From contig JBFMAY010000007.1 in assembly GCA_040755455.1 (NCBI GenBank), positions 35,898-99,897 on the forward strand: 64,000 nt of DNA. Direction: 5' to 3'. The notes under the pieces were generated by a model, which was not told where the DNA came from, searched no databases, and worked only from the letters and a program-made list of their open reading frames with translations. The translations under genes were made by a program, and so were the position numbers. Below, in pieces: positions 50,056 to 59,891 of the stretch (the first letter of the stretch is position 1; every line of letters begins with the position of its first letter). The stretch comes from Thermodesulfobacteriota bacterium. Its GTDB lineage: Bacteria > Desulfobacterota > Desulfobulbia > Desulfobulbales > SURF-16.

Positions 50056-50988
50056 ATGAAACGAATTCTTGTCGCAGGTGAAAAAATCATCATCACCCAG
50101 GAACACAAGATCGTCCTTGAAGCCAGGGGCTATCAACTCCTGTTGATGAAGGATCTGCATTCCGCCATTTCTCTTATTCTTGAAGACCCGCCGGATATGC
50201 TGATCATGGAAAAGGCCTTTGGGGAAGAGAAGGCCCCTTTTGCCCTGCTGAATGCGGTAAAGGGCTGTCTGCAGAAAACCAATATTCCCGTCATCCTCAT
50301 TATCGACGAGAAGCAGGCCTTGTCGGGACTCGACTGGCAGAGGTATGCGGTGGATGACTTTATCGTCAGTCCCTTCACCCCTGAACTCCTGCGCGCCAGA
50401 ATGCAGCTTGCCGAAGCAAGGATGATCAGGGTTTTTGACAATAACCCCCTCAGCAGACTGCCGGGCAACACCTCCATTCTCCAGGCTATCCAGCGCGCCA
50501 TTGACTCTGATGAGAGTCATGGTGTCTGCTATATCGATATTGACAATTTCAAGCCCTATAATGACCGGTATGGCTTTTCCCAGGGAGATGACGTTATCCT
50601 CATGGTGGCTCGCATTGCCGTGAATGTCATTGACGAACTGGCCAGGGAGGGAAGTTTTGTCGGTCATGTGGGGGGCGATGATTTCGTCTTCATTGTCAGG
50701 GAGGACAAGGTGAAACCGGTCTGCGAGCGTATCCTGGCAAATTTCGAGGTGGTGCGGAACATGTTCATTCCGGCCGAGGATCTCAAGGCCGGCTGTTATG
50801 TGGAAAAGGACCGGCAGGGCCGGGAAACCGTATTCGGGCTGCTCAGCCTCTCCATTGCCGTGGTCATCACCGGCTCCCATCACTTCAGCCATTATGGTGA
50901 AGTTTCCACCATTGCTTCGGAGGTCAAGCATTTTGTCAAGAAAAAAGAGGGCAGCAACTATATGATTGACCGCCGATCACGGGGGTAG
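50056..50988 (+). CDS. REC-like plus GGDEF diguanylate cyclase
   Basis: NPLSRLPGN, DIDNFKPYNDRYG..GD, GHVGGDDF. Confidence 0.9.
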   Translation: MKRILVAGEKIIITQEHKIVLEARGYQLLLMKDLHSAISLILEDPPDMLIMEKAFGEEKAPFALLNAVKGCLQKTNIPVILIIDEKQALSGLDWQRYAVDDFIVSPFTPELLRARMQLAEARMIRVFDNNPLSRLPGNTSILQAIQRAIDSDESHGVCYIDIDNFKPYNDRYGFSQGDDVILMVARIAVNVIDELAREGSFVGHVGGDDFVFIVREDKVKPVCERILANFEVVRNMFIPAEDLKAGCYVEKDRQGRETVFGLLSLSIAVVITGSHHFSHYGEVSTIASEVKHFVKKKEGSNYMIDRRSRG

Positions 50989-51594
50989 CGAGCAGCTTGC
51001 CCTTGCACATATTTCCTTAAGCAGTAAAATCCTTTTGCTATCTGAAATTATTGCCCGAACCAGCATTGTTATTTTTCCAGCTCGATTCCATCTCTCAATG
51101 GCGCAATGTCGTTATTATCAATAAAAGATGATAATCCGGGCAAAAATTTCTTATACCGTAAAACATTGATGATAAATGAGCATGATAAACGCTGCATCCA
51201 TGGACGGTGTCTTATTCTTTATCAAACCATCACATTGCAACTATCCTCTTTTAATCTATTTCATTAAGCAAAAAAGCAGATTATTTAGTTGCAGGGATAG
51301 ACGCTATATTGCGACACGAATTGATGTGATATTGCAAATGATTATTTTATTCGTGTTCAAGCAGTACTGTTCAGCCAGTTTTTGTGTTGCTTAATCACGA
51401 CAAAAATTGTTGAGCCGGCAAATTGAAAATTTGTAATAAGTAGTCTTTTTGATAGGTTGAAACCTGTTTTCTCCCAGGCTGCTGAATGTATTTGCCTAAG
51501 TGAAAAAAAATAGTGCAATTGACTTGCTAAATTAACATTCTCGGCTATATATAAGATATTAAATTTCCAATTTATTATTGATCGGGAGGATGAA

Positions 51595-52074
51595 ATGAGC
51601 AAGTCACTAGTCGAAATGGCTGCGGATATTGTTAAAGCGCAATGTACTTCTACAAGTATGTCCGCTGAGGATATCTCCTCATCGCTGCAGAATACGTTCA
51701 CCGTGCTGCAGTCATTGCAGGCAAACGAGGTGTCTGCTGAAGTAATTACTGGCGGTGAAGAGCAGAAGGAGGACAATGCTGTTGAGGTTGCTCCTGAGAA
51801 ATCCATTCTCAGAAATAAGATTGTTTGTCTGGAATGCGGCCAGTCTTTTAAATTGCTGTCGCCCAAACATCTGGCCAGCCATGGCTTGACCGGCAAAGAG
51901 TATCGGAAGAAATACGGGTTTCCGCTCAGACAGCCGTTATGCGCCAAGGCATTGTCGGAACGGCGCAAGAAGGCCGGCAAGGAACGCGGGGTGCCGGAGA
52001 ATCTCTTGAAGGCCATTGCTGAAAGGAAACAGAGAGGCAGCGCCAAAGGCAAGGCAGCCAAGAAAGCAAAATAG
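51595..52074 (+). CDS. MucR/Ros-family zinc-finger regulator
   Basis: SI..NKIVCLECGQSFKLL..KHL..HGLT..EYR.KYG; terminator 52111-52148. Confidence 0.9.
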   Translation: MSKSLVEMAADIVKAQCTSTSMSAEDISSSLQNTFTVLQSLQANEVSAEVITGGEEQKEDNAVEVAPEKSILRNKIVCLECGQSFKLLSPKHLASHGLTGKEYRKKYGFPLRQPLCAKALSERRKKAGKERGVPENLLKAIAERKQRGSAKGKAAKKAK

Positions 52075-52183
52075 GACGAATTTATTTTACTTCTCCTTCT
52101 GTCTTTTGTTAAAAGGCACGCAGATGGTGGGAATCTGCGTGCCTTTTTGTTCTCTATGAAAATTCAGGTCAGGCAATACGGTT

Positions 52184-52978
52184 GTGATTGGTATTTTTGA
52201 TTCAGGTGTTGGTGGAATGACGGTGGCAAAAGCGGTTGAGCAGCTTTTGCCGGAAAAGAATCTGGTCTATTTCGGTGATCTGGCGCGCACGCCCTATGGT
52301 TCGAAAAGCGCGGAGACGATATGCAAATATGCCCGGCAGGACACAGAGTTTCTGCTCAACAAAGGCGCGAAAATAATCATCATCGCCTGTAACACTGCGG
52401 CGAGCGTGGCCTCTGATCTTCTTAAGGCCGAGTTCCCCGTGCCGATTTTTGAGGTGATTACCCCGGCTATTGAAAAGGCGCTGTCGGTATCAGTAAGCAA
52501 CCGGATCGGCGTGATCGGCACCAGGGCGACCATCAAGAGCAATATCTATGAGGCAAAGATAAGAGAGGCACGAGAGGTGGCCAGGGTTTTTTCCCAGCCC
52601 TGCCCTCTGCTGGTGCCGTTGGTTGAGGAAGGCTGGCTGGACAAGCGGGAGACCAAGATGATTATCCGCCGCTATCTCCATCCCTTGAAGCATAAAGGGG
52701 TTGATACCCTTGTGCTGGGATGTACCCATTATCCCCTGCTGAAGCATCTGATAACCCCCCGCATCGGCAGGAAGGTGAATGTCATTGACTCTTCAACGGC
52801 TGTGGCGGATATGGTGAAGAAGTATTTGCAAAATCATCCGGAAGTGGATAAAGCATTGGCAACCGGGGGGGAAAATTTTTACTATGTGTCCGATGTGACG
52901 GATGCTGCACGCATGACGGCCCAGCGGATTTTTGGCAGGAAACTGGACCTGATCCAGGTTGATGTGGAAGGAAATTGA
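52184..52978 (+). CDS. murI: Glutamate racemase
   Basis: FDSGVGG, PYGSK, ACNTA, LGCTHY. Confidence 0.97.
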   Translation: MIGIFDSGVGGMTVAKAVEQLLPEKNLVYFGDLARTPYGSKSAETICKYARQDTEFLLNKGAKIIIIACNTAASVASDLLKAEFPVPIFEVITPAIEKALSVSVSNRIGVIGTRATIKSNIYEAKIREAREVARVFSQPCPLLVPLVEEGWLDKRETKMIIRRYLHPLKHKGVDTLVLGCTHYPLLKHLITPRIGRKVNVIDSSTAVADMVKKYLQNHPEVDKALATGGENFYYVSDVTDAARMTAQRIFGRKLDLIQVDVEGN

Positions 52979-52979
52979 T

Positions 52980-53642
52980 ATGAAACAGTTCTTTTTTACG
53001 GTTATATACTTATTGGTCGGTCTGCTGCTCCCGGCAACAGGGCAGAGCGCCCCCCTGACTCCGGTGCAGATTGCCGAGAAGATCCAGGCAACCTATGAAA
53101 AAACCGCGTCCTTCAAGGCCGACTTTCTGCAGACCTCCAGTATCAGCAGCATGGAGCACCGCCAGCGCAAGGGAAGCGGCACCATGGTGATTCAGAAACC
53201 CGGTCTGCTGCGCTGGGATTACACCTCGCCGGAAAAGCAGGTGCTGGTCAGTGACGGAGAAATGTTTTCCCTTTACTTTGCCGTGGAAAATCAGATGATC
53301 GTGACCCCGGCCAAGGAATATCTGAGGGAGGATGTCACCTATAATTTCTTTTCAGGCAAAGGCAACCTGCTGAATGATTTTGAGGTGATAGCCGTGATGC
53401 CGGACCAGGAAAAGCAGGGCAGTCTGGCCATCAAGCTGATTCCAAAAAAGACCCATGCCCAGGTTGAGACCATGAACGTCTGGGTTGATGAGGGAACCTT
53501 TCTGGTAAACCGCCTGGAGATCATGGATCACCTCGGCAGCGTCACCAATCTGCTGCTGTTCAACACCGTGGTCAATAGTCCAATGCCGGAGGACTTTTTT
53601 CAATTTTCCCCGCCTGAAGGTACAGAAATCATAGAGCAGTAA
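52980..53642 (+). CDS. lolA: Outer-membrane lipoprotein carrier LolA
   Basis: Signal peptide; ADF.Q, KPG..RWDY..P, F.F.PP.G. Confidence 0.85.
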   Translation: MKQFFFTVIYLLVGLLLPATGQSAPLTPVQIAEKIQATYEKTASFKADFLQTSSISSMEHRQRKGSGTMVIQKPGLLRWDYTSPEKQVLVSDGEMFSLYFAVENQMIVTPAKEYLREDVTYNFFSGKGNLLNDFEVIAVMPDQEKQGSLAIKLIPKKTHAQVETMNVWVDEGTFLVNRLEIMDHLGSVTNLLLFNTVVNSPMPEDFFQFSPPEGTEIIEQ

Positions 53643-55445
53643 ATGACTTCCGCACTCCCGTTCAGGCTGGCTCTCGTTTCCATGCCCTGGGCGATTTTTA
53701 ATCGCCCTTCCGTCCAGCTTGGCGCGTTAAAAGCTTATATCGAGGCGCATGCGGAGGTGGAGGTGAAGACATTTCATCCCTACCTCGGTGTGGCCCGGCT
53801 TCTCGGCAGCGATCTGTACCATTTTATTTCAGGCAATGTCTGGATCTGCGAGGCCCTGTACAGCGCCATTCTCTTTCCGTCGCAGCGTTTACAAGCCCGC
53901 CGGGTGGTGGAGGAGGAGGCAGGCAAGGGGGGCTACAGCGTGCCGCTTGATTTTGACGCCACCTGCGCCCAGCTGGAAACCCATCTCGCCGGTTGGGCCG
54001 CGGCAACCGACTGGCGGAAATTTGATCTGGTCGGCTTTTCCGTCTGTTTCAATCAGTTGCTTGCCACACTTGCCGCAGTCAGCTACCTGAAAAAAGAACA
54101 TCCCCGGCTGCGCATTGTGCTGGGAGGCTCATCCTGTCATGCTGATTTCGCCCCGGCGTTACTCAAAAACTTTCCGGTGGATTTCATGCTCAGCGGGGAA
54201 GGGGAAAAGGCCCTGCTGAACTTATGCGCCTATCTGGCAGGACAGACGTCATCGCTTGCCGCCGGCGTTTTCAGCTCCGCGGGGCAGGGCGGAACAGGCG
54301 TTTCCTGTCAGGGACCGCAGCTTGACGTTGCCGGGCTGCCCTGTCCAGATTATGATGACTATTTCCGGGAAATGGAGGGCCTGTTCGGTCAAGAACCATT
54401 CATCCCGGTGATTCCCCTGGAGTTTTCCAGGGGGTGCTGGTGGCGGAAATGCACCTTCTGCAATCTGAATCTGCAGTGGCGCGGATATCGCTGCAAACCG
54501 GCGGAAAAGATGGCTGCGGAGGTCCTATCCCTTGCCGGCCGGCACAAGGTGCTTGACTTTGTTTTTACCGATAATGCCCTGCCGCCGAAAGATGCGGGCG
54601 CCTTTTTTGCAACAATGGGTCATACCGGCCTGGATTTGCGTTTTTTTGGCGAGATCCGCGCCGACCATCGCGGCAGAGTCATGGAGATCAGCCGCATGGG
54701 CGGGCTGACCTCCGTCCAGGTGGGCATCGAGGCCTTCAGCAACTCCCTGCTGGGAAAAATGGCCAAAGGGACTACGGTCATGGACAACCTGGCGGTCATG
54801 AAGGATGCCTTGGCCAACGGGGTGGTGCTGGACGGCAATCTGATTGTCGAGTTTCCCGGCAGCAGCCTAGATGAGGTTGGTGAGACCCTGGCCAATCTCG
54901 ACTTTGCCTTTCCCTTTCATCCCTTGACCACGGCCGCCTTTTTTCTCGGTCATGGCAGTCCGGTGGATGCGGCCCCGAAAAAATACGGGATTTGCGCCAG
55001 AACCATGCACCACCATGCGGCCCGGCTTTTCCCTGAAGAAATTGGCGCCGAGCTGGTGCTCCTCATCAAGGGGTTCAGGGGCGATCGCGCCGGGCAGAGA
55101 AAACTGTGGGCCCCGGTGCAGGCTAAGGTGAAAAAGTGGCAGGATTACCACCGCAGCAGGAACAAAACGGAAAAACTGCTGCTCTCCTTTCGTGACGGCG
55201 GCGATTTTCTCATCATCCGCCAGGAACTGCCCGACGGCAGGGTGTTGCACCACCGGCTGCGGGGGATATCCAGACAGATCTTTCTTGCCTGCGAGACGAT
55301 CAGTGATTTGCCGGCTCTGACAGGGATGTTTCCCACGTTCACCAGGCAGCAAATAGAAAAGTTTCTCGATGCGCTTGTCGCAAAAAGGCTGGTTTTCCGG
55401 GAAAAGGATCGATTCCTGGCCCTGGCCGTCCGCCAGAAAACATGA
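53643..55445 (+). CDS. B12-binding radical SAM protein, RiPP-maturase C-methyltransferase type
   Basis: LVSMPW...PS.QLG.LKA, VGFS..FNQ, PDYDDYF, EFSRGCWWRKCTFCNLN, VQVGIEAFS. Confidence 0.85.
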   Translation: MTSALPFRLALVSMPWAIFNRPSVQLGALKAYIEAHAEVEVKTFHPYLGVARLLGSDLYHFISGNVWICEALYSAILFPSQRLQARRVVEEEAGKGGYSVPLDFDATCAQLETHLAGWAAATDWRKFDLVGFSVCFNQLLATLAAVSYLKKEHPRLRIVLGGSSCHADFAPALLKNFPVDFMLSGEGEKALLNLCAYLAGQTSSLAAGVFSSAGQGGTGVSCQGPQLDVAGLPCPDYDDYFREMEGLFGQEPFIPVIPLEFSRGCWWRKCTFCNLNLQWRGYRCKPAEKMAAEVLSLAGRHKVLDFVFTDNALPPKDAGAFFATMGHTGLDLRFFGEIRADHRGRVMEISRMGGLTSVQVGIEAFSNSLLGKMAKGTTVMDNLAVMKDALANGVVLDGNLIVEFPGSSLDEVGETLANLDFAFPFHPLTTAAFFLGHGSPVDAAPKKYGICARTMHHHAARLFPEEIGAELVLLIKGFRGDRAGQRKLWAPVQAKVKKWQDYHRSRNKTEKLLLSFRDGGDFLIIRQELPDGRVLHHRLRGISRQIFLACETISDLPALTGMFPTFTRQQIEKFLDALVAKRLVFREKDRFLALAVRQKT

Positions 55446-55993
55446 TAAGAAGAACCCTGATGGCGCAGAACACTAAACAGACCATACTTGTTGTCGGCGG
55501 ATGCCGGAGCGGCAAAAGCCGTTTCTCGGAAGAGTGGGCGGCGGCGCGCTTTGCCAGGAGAACTTATGTTGCCACCATGGTGGCCGGTAACGACGGGGAA
55601 ATGCAACACCGGGTGGCGGTGCATCGGCAAAACAGGAGCGCGGAGTGGCGGACGGTTGAAGAGCCCCAGGCCATTGCCGATGTTCTGCGGCATCAGTGGC
55701 AACATACCGATGTTTTTCTGGTTGACTGTCTCACCCTATGGCTGACCAACCTGCTGCTGCGGAATTTTTCCGATGAGGAGATTCTGGACCAGGTGCGCGA
55801 CCTGGCCGGGGCCGTGCGGGGGTGTCCCGTTTCCGTGGCCCTGGTGGCAAACGAGGTGGGGCTGGGTATCGTGCCGGAATCGGCCCTGGCCCGCCGGTTC
55901 AGGGACCTGGCCGGCTGGTGTAACCAAACGGTCGGGGCCAGCTGCGATCAGGTTGTTTTCATGGCGGCTGGGCTTCCCCTTTATCTGAAATGA
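55442..55993 (+). CDS. cobU: Adenosylcobinamide kinase / phosphate guanylyltransferase
   Basis: GGCRSGKS, YVAT, H...R, VDCLTLW, NEVGLG; start 55442 or 55460. Confidence 0.95.
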   Translation: MIRRTLMAQNTKQTILVVGGCRSGKSRFSEEWAAARFARRTYVATMVAGNDGEMQHRVAVHRQNRSAEWRTVEEPQAIADVLRHQWQHTDVFLVDCLTLWLTNLLLRNFSDEEILDQVRDLAGAVRGCPVSVALVANEVGLGIVPESALARRFRDLAGWCNQTVGASCDQVVFMAAGLPLYLK

Positions 55994-56078
55994 ATTTGAT
56001 TTTCCCTGCGGCAACATCGGTTAATAGAGCAGAAGCGGTGCTTATGGCCCCGCGCATATTTTTTAAAAAGGAGAAGAG

Positions 56079-57134
56079 ATGAGCGTACACGGCGGAAATA
56101 TCGTCGCCATGGCCAAGGCTCTCGGCTGTGAGGTAAAGGAGCTCATTGACATGAGCAGTAATCTCACGCCGTTAAACATGGTGCCCGGCCTGCGGGAGGT
56201 TCTGGCCCGGGAGCTTGAACAGATTGCCTTTCTGCCCGAGACGGAAAGCGAAACCCTGCGCCGGGTCTTTGCCCGCAAATTCGGTCTGCTGGAAGAGGAG
56301 GTGCTGGTGGGCAACGGCACCACCGAATTCATCTTCGCCCTGCCGCACTCCTTTGCCGGCAGCCGGGCCATCATCGTCAATCCGACCTATTCCGATTACC
56401 GGCTGGCCTGCGGCTGGGCGAAGGTTCCGGCCATGGACTTCATGCTGCCGCCGGGAGATGATTTCCGTCTTGACCTTGACCGGTTGGCCGGCGAGTTGCT
56501 GGGCGGCGAACTGGTGTTCATCTGCAATCCCAATAATCCCACCGGCGCCTTAACCCCCTCCCTGGTCCTTTATGATTTTGTCGTCCGTCATCCGGCCACC
56601 TCTTTTCTGGTGGATGAGTCGTATCTGCCGTTTACCCGGGAAAAATCCCTTTTGCACTATGATTTGCCGCCGAACCTGTTTGTCCTCTTCTCCTCTTCCA
56701 AAATTTATGGTATTCCAGGGCTGCGCCTCGGCTTTCTGGTGGCAAAGGCCGCCAATCTGCAGACGATGACCCTGCAGCGCAAACCATGGGGAGTGAACAG
56801 AATGGCCCAGCTGGCCGGAGAATATCTGCTTGAACACGGTGATTTTTATGTGGAGGAGGTCCGGCGGTTCATCGACAGCGAGCGGCCCCGGTTTGTCGAG
56901 TCGTTGCAAAGGATGAACAACATCCGGGTTATCCCCGGCGCGGCCAATTTTGTTCTCTGTTACCTCCAGGGGAAAATGCTTGCCCCGCAGTTGCGCGAGA
57001 AAATGCTGGACAAAAGGATTATGATCCGCAACTGTGCATCATTTGAGGGGCTTGACGAGCATTACTTCCGCATGTCGCTGAAAGACAGCGAGGCAAATGC
57101 CTATTGTCTCAGGGTTTTGCAGGATATTTTATAA
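56079..57134 (+). CDS. cobD: L-threonine-O-3-phosphate decarboxylase (PLP class I)
   Basis: HGGN, D.SSN, GNG..E, CNPNNPTG, K.YGIPGLRLG, IRNC..F.GL; follows cobU. Confidence 0.85.
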   Translation: MSVHGGNIVAMAKALGCEVKELIDMSSNLTPLNMVPGLREVLARELEQIAFLPETESETLRRVFARKFGLLEEEVLVGNGTTEFIFALPHSFAGSRAIIVNPTYSDYRLACGWAKVPAMDFMLPPGDDFRLDLDRLAGELLGGELVFICNPNNPTGALTPSLVLYDFVVRHPATSFLVDESYLPFTREKSLLHYDLPPNLFVLFSSSKIYGIPGLRLGFLVAKAANLQTMTLQRKPWGVNRMAQLAGEYLLEHGDFYVEEVRRFIDSERPRFVESLQRMNNIRVIPGAANFVLCYLQGKMLAPQLREKMLDKRIMIRNCASFEGLDEHYFRMSLKDSEANAYCLRVLQDIL

Positions 57135-57152
57135 GAAATTGGAAGAACGATT

Positions 57153-57668
57153 ATGAGAATTGCCATCATTTCCGATACCCATGATCAGGTGGCCAATCTG
57201 CGGGCCGCCGTCAAGTATTGCAACGCCTTTAATGTCCAGCTGCTGATCCACTGCGGCGATCTGATTTCCCCCTTTATGCTCGATGAGCTGGAAGGGTTTG
57301 CCGGGGCCGTGCATCTGATTTACGGCAACAATGTCGGCGACCAGCACCTTATTTCCCAGGCCTGCGGCATCAGGTTTCCCGGCATTACCCATCATGGCGA
57401 TCTGGGCGCGGTTGAGGCCGGGGGCATAAAAATCGCTTTCCATCATTATCCCCAGGTGGCCAGAGGCATTGCCAGTCAGGGGATCTTTGATGTGGTTTGT
57501 TGCGGCCACAATCATCGCTATGGCGTTGAACGGATCGGCAACACCCTGTTAATTAATCCGGGCGATATGCTTGGCAAAGAAAATCAGCCCTGTTTCGCCA
57601 TTCTTGACAGCTCATCCCGTACGGTTGAAAAAGTAGAGGTTGGCGAAAAAATGAATTTAGGAGACTAA
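57153..57668 (+). CDS. YfcE/MJ0936-family metallophosphoesterase
   Basis: ISDTH, HCGD, GNN, GHNH, INPG. Confidence 0.9.
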   Translation: MRIAIISDTHDQVANLRAAVKYCNAFNVQLLIHCGDLISPFMLDELEGFAGAVHLIYGNNVGDQHLISQACGIRFPGITHHGDLGAVEAGGIKIAFHHYPQVARGIASQGIFDVVCCGHNHRYGVERIGNTLLINPGDMLGKENQPCFAILDSSSRTVEKVEVGEKMNLGD

Positions 57669-57681
57669 GGAGTTCACAGAT

Positions 57682-58938
57682 ATGATCCAGAAGAATTTCG
57701 AGCAGGAAAACGTGTCTGCCGGCGAAGAAAGCAAGAGTGAAGAGATGAGCTTTGCCGAGATGTTTAAGGAAAATGAGGCCACCCAGGACCGTCTCGAACC
57801 CGGGCAGAAGGTGAGGGCCGTGATCGTGCGCATCACCAAGGAGTGGGTTTTCATTGATCTCGGCGGCAAAAGCGAAGGGGCTTTGGCCCTTTCCGAACTG
57901 CTTGATCAGGAGGGCAATCCCACAGTCAAGGAAGGCGACACCATTGATGTGTATTTTCTGGCTGTTGAACGCAATGAAAAGGTCTTCACCACCAAGATAG
58001 GCGGGGCGGCGGTCAGAGCCCATCTGGAGGAGGCCTTTCGCAGCGGTATTCCGGTGGAAGGGAGCATCCAGAAGGAGATCAAGGGCGGTTTTGAGGTCAA
58101 AATCGGCGGCGGCAGGGCTTTTTGTCCCTTCTCCCAGATGGGCCTGCGCAAGATCAGCGATAACGCCCAGTGCATCGGTCAGCAGTATGCCTTCAAGATT
58201 GTCGAATTCCGGGATAACGGCAGAAACATCATCGTCTCCCACCGCAAGATCCTGGAGGAACAGCGTGCCGCGTTGAAGGAGGAGCTGAAAGACAGCCTGC
58301 AGGTCGGCCAGACCGTCAAGGGGGTCATCACCTCGATCCGGGATTTCGGCGCCTTTGTCGATATCGGCGGCATTGAGGGGTTGATTCCCGTTTCCGAAAT
58401 TGGCTGGGGCCGGGTTGCGGATATTCACTCCGTGCTGGAAGAGGGGCAGAACGTTGAGGTGGCGATCAAAAGTCTTGACTGGGACCATGACCGTTTCTCC
58501 TTCAGCCTGCGGGAGACCCTGCCTGATCCATGGGATACCTGCGGTCTGGCGGAAGGCACCAGCGTGACCGGCACGGTGGCGCGGCTTGTCGACTTCGGCG
58601 CCTTTGTCACCCTGGCTCCGGGTGTTGACGGCCTGCTCCACATTTCCGCCCTTGGCGGCGGGCGCAGGATCAATCATCCCAGAGAGGTGGTCCAGCAGGG
58701 CCAGAGTCTGGAGGTGCGCATTGATGCCATTGACCGGGTGAAAAAACGGATTTCCCTTTCCCTGCCACAGAGCGAGGAAGTTGTCAAGGTTGACAGGGTT
58801 GACAGGAAAAAGGGCAAGAAACCGCAGGATGATGACATGCGGGAGGAATTTCATCGCTTCAAGGAGGGGGATGGGGCTAAGAAAGAGAAATCCATGGGGA
58901 CTTTTGCCGATCTGCTGAAGAATAAAATCGGCAGTTAG
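57682..58938 (+). CDS. rpsA: Short (four S1-domain) ribosomal protein S1 homolog
   Basis: Repeated S1 motifs (VFIDLGGKSEG, RAFCPFSQ, FGAFVDIGGIEGL, FGAFVTLAPGVDGLLH); C-terminal SMGTFADLL. Confidence 0.85.
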   Translation: MIQKNFEQENVSAGEESKSEEMSFAEMFKENEATQDRLEPGQKVRAVIVRITKEWVFIDLGGKSEGALALSELLDQEGNPTVKEGDTIDVYFLAVERNEKVFTTKIGGAAVRAHLEEAFRSGIPVEGSIQKEIKGGFEVKIGGGRAFCPFSQMGLRKISDNAQCIGQQYAFKIVEFRDNGRNIIVSHRKILEEQRAALKEELKDSLQVGQTVKGVITSIRDFGAFVDIGGIEGLIPVSEIGWGRVADIHSVLEEGQNVEVAIKSLDWDHDRFSFSLRETLPDPWDTCGLAEGTSVTGTVARLVDFGAFVTLAPGVDGLLHISALGGGRRINHPREVVQQGQSLEVRIDAIDRVKKRISLSLPQSEEVVKVDRVDRKKGKKPQDDDMREEFHRFKEGDGAKKEKSMGTFADLLKNKIGS

Positions 58939-58971
58939 GCGGCAGTACTCCTTTTTGCCTGGTCTGGTTAC

Positions 58972-59550
58972 GTGAAGAAAAAGATTCTCATAGTCGACGA
59001 TGAAGAGCTGATTTTAAACAGCCTTGGCCTGGAGCTGGAGGGGGAGGGGTATGAGGTTTCCCTGGCGGCAAACGGGGAAGAGGGCATCGCCGTGCTGCGG
59101 GAGAACTATTTTGATCTGATCATCACCGATTTGATGATGGAGGGCCTCAATGGGCTTGAGGTCTTGAAGGCAGCCAAGGAAATTGATCCGGAGGTTGCCG
59201 TGGTTATCCTCACCGGCTACGGTGAGGTTGCCTCAGCCATTGATGCCCTGCGCCTCGGCGCGGCTGATTATCTTCTCAAACCCTGTGACTGCAATGAATT
59301 GAATCTGCGTATCGCCAAATGTCTCGATCAGCAGGATCTGGCGAAAAAGATCAAGATTTACGAAAGAATTCTGCCGGTATGCAGCGAATGCAAAAAGGTG
59401 CTGCATGAGGATGAGGGCGGCATGACGGAATGGCTGGCCCTGGATCAGTTCATCAGCAGAAAGACCGGCCTGGGGATAAGTCATGGTTACTGTCCGGACT
59501 GCTTCAAGGAGGCCATGGAAGAGATCTCCCTGACCAAAAAGAAGAAATAG
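58972..59550 (+). CDS. Response regulator with divergent CxxC...HGYCxxC domain
   Basis: ILIVDDE, DLMM, ILTG, YLLKP receiver; then LPVCSECKK...SHGYCPDC. Confidence 0.88.
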   Translation: MKKKILIVDDEELILNSLGLELEGEGYEVSLAANGEEGIAVLRENYFDLIITDLMMEGLNGLEVLKAAKEIDPEVAVVILTGYGEVASAIDALRLGAADYLLKPCDCNELNLRIAKCLDQQDLAKKIKIYERILPVCSECKKVLHEDEGGMTEWLALDQFISRKTGLGISHGYCPDCFKEAMEEISLTKKKK

Positions 59551-59891
59551 GGCGGCAAGTTGAGAGATCTCGCATAAGCTCAAGATCTCGTCCAGGCGCC
59601 AAAGAGTCCGAAGCATTGCTTAAGAGGATATCTTCCCCTGCTGGATTTTTGGATCAAGACTGGACTCAAGCGGGGACTGCCCTATCGTGTCAATCAGATA
59701 GGGGGCAGGTTGACTTCGTATATACAGTAGATCTAATAACCTGAGGGTAGTTTGATATTTTAAGATGTTCGATGTGGCAATCTTAACAGCTTCACCAGCT
59801 CGTCTGGTCTGCTAAAGGTATGCGATCATTCTTCAGTTACTGCGAAAACCGATCTCTAATCCTAATGACACTGCCAAGCTGTCCCCCCTTT

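Noticed and set aside
59551..59891. Island boundary att site or IS end
   Set aside because: Composition shifts here, but I found no direct repeat, TIR pair or tRNA end to support a defined junction
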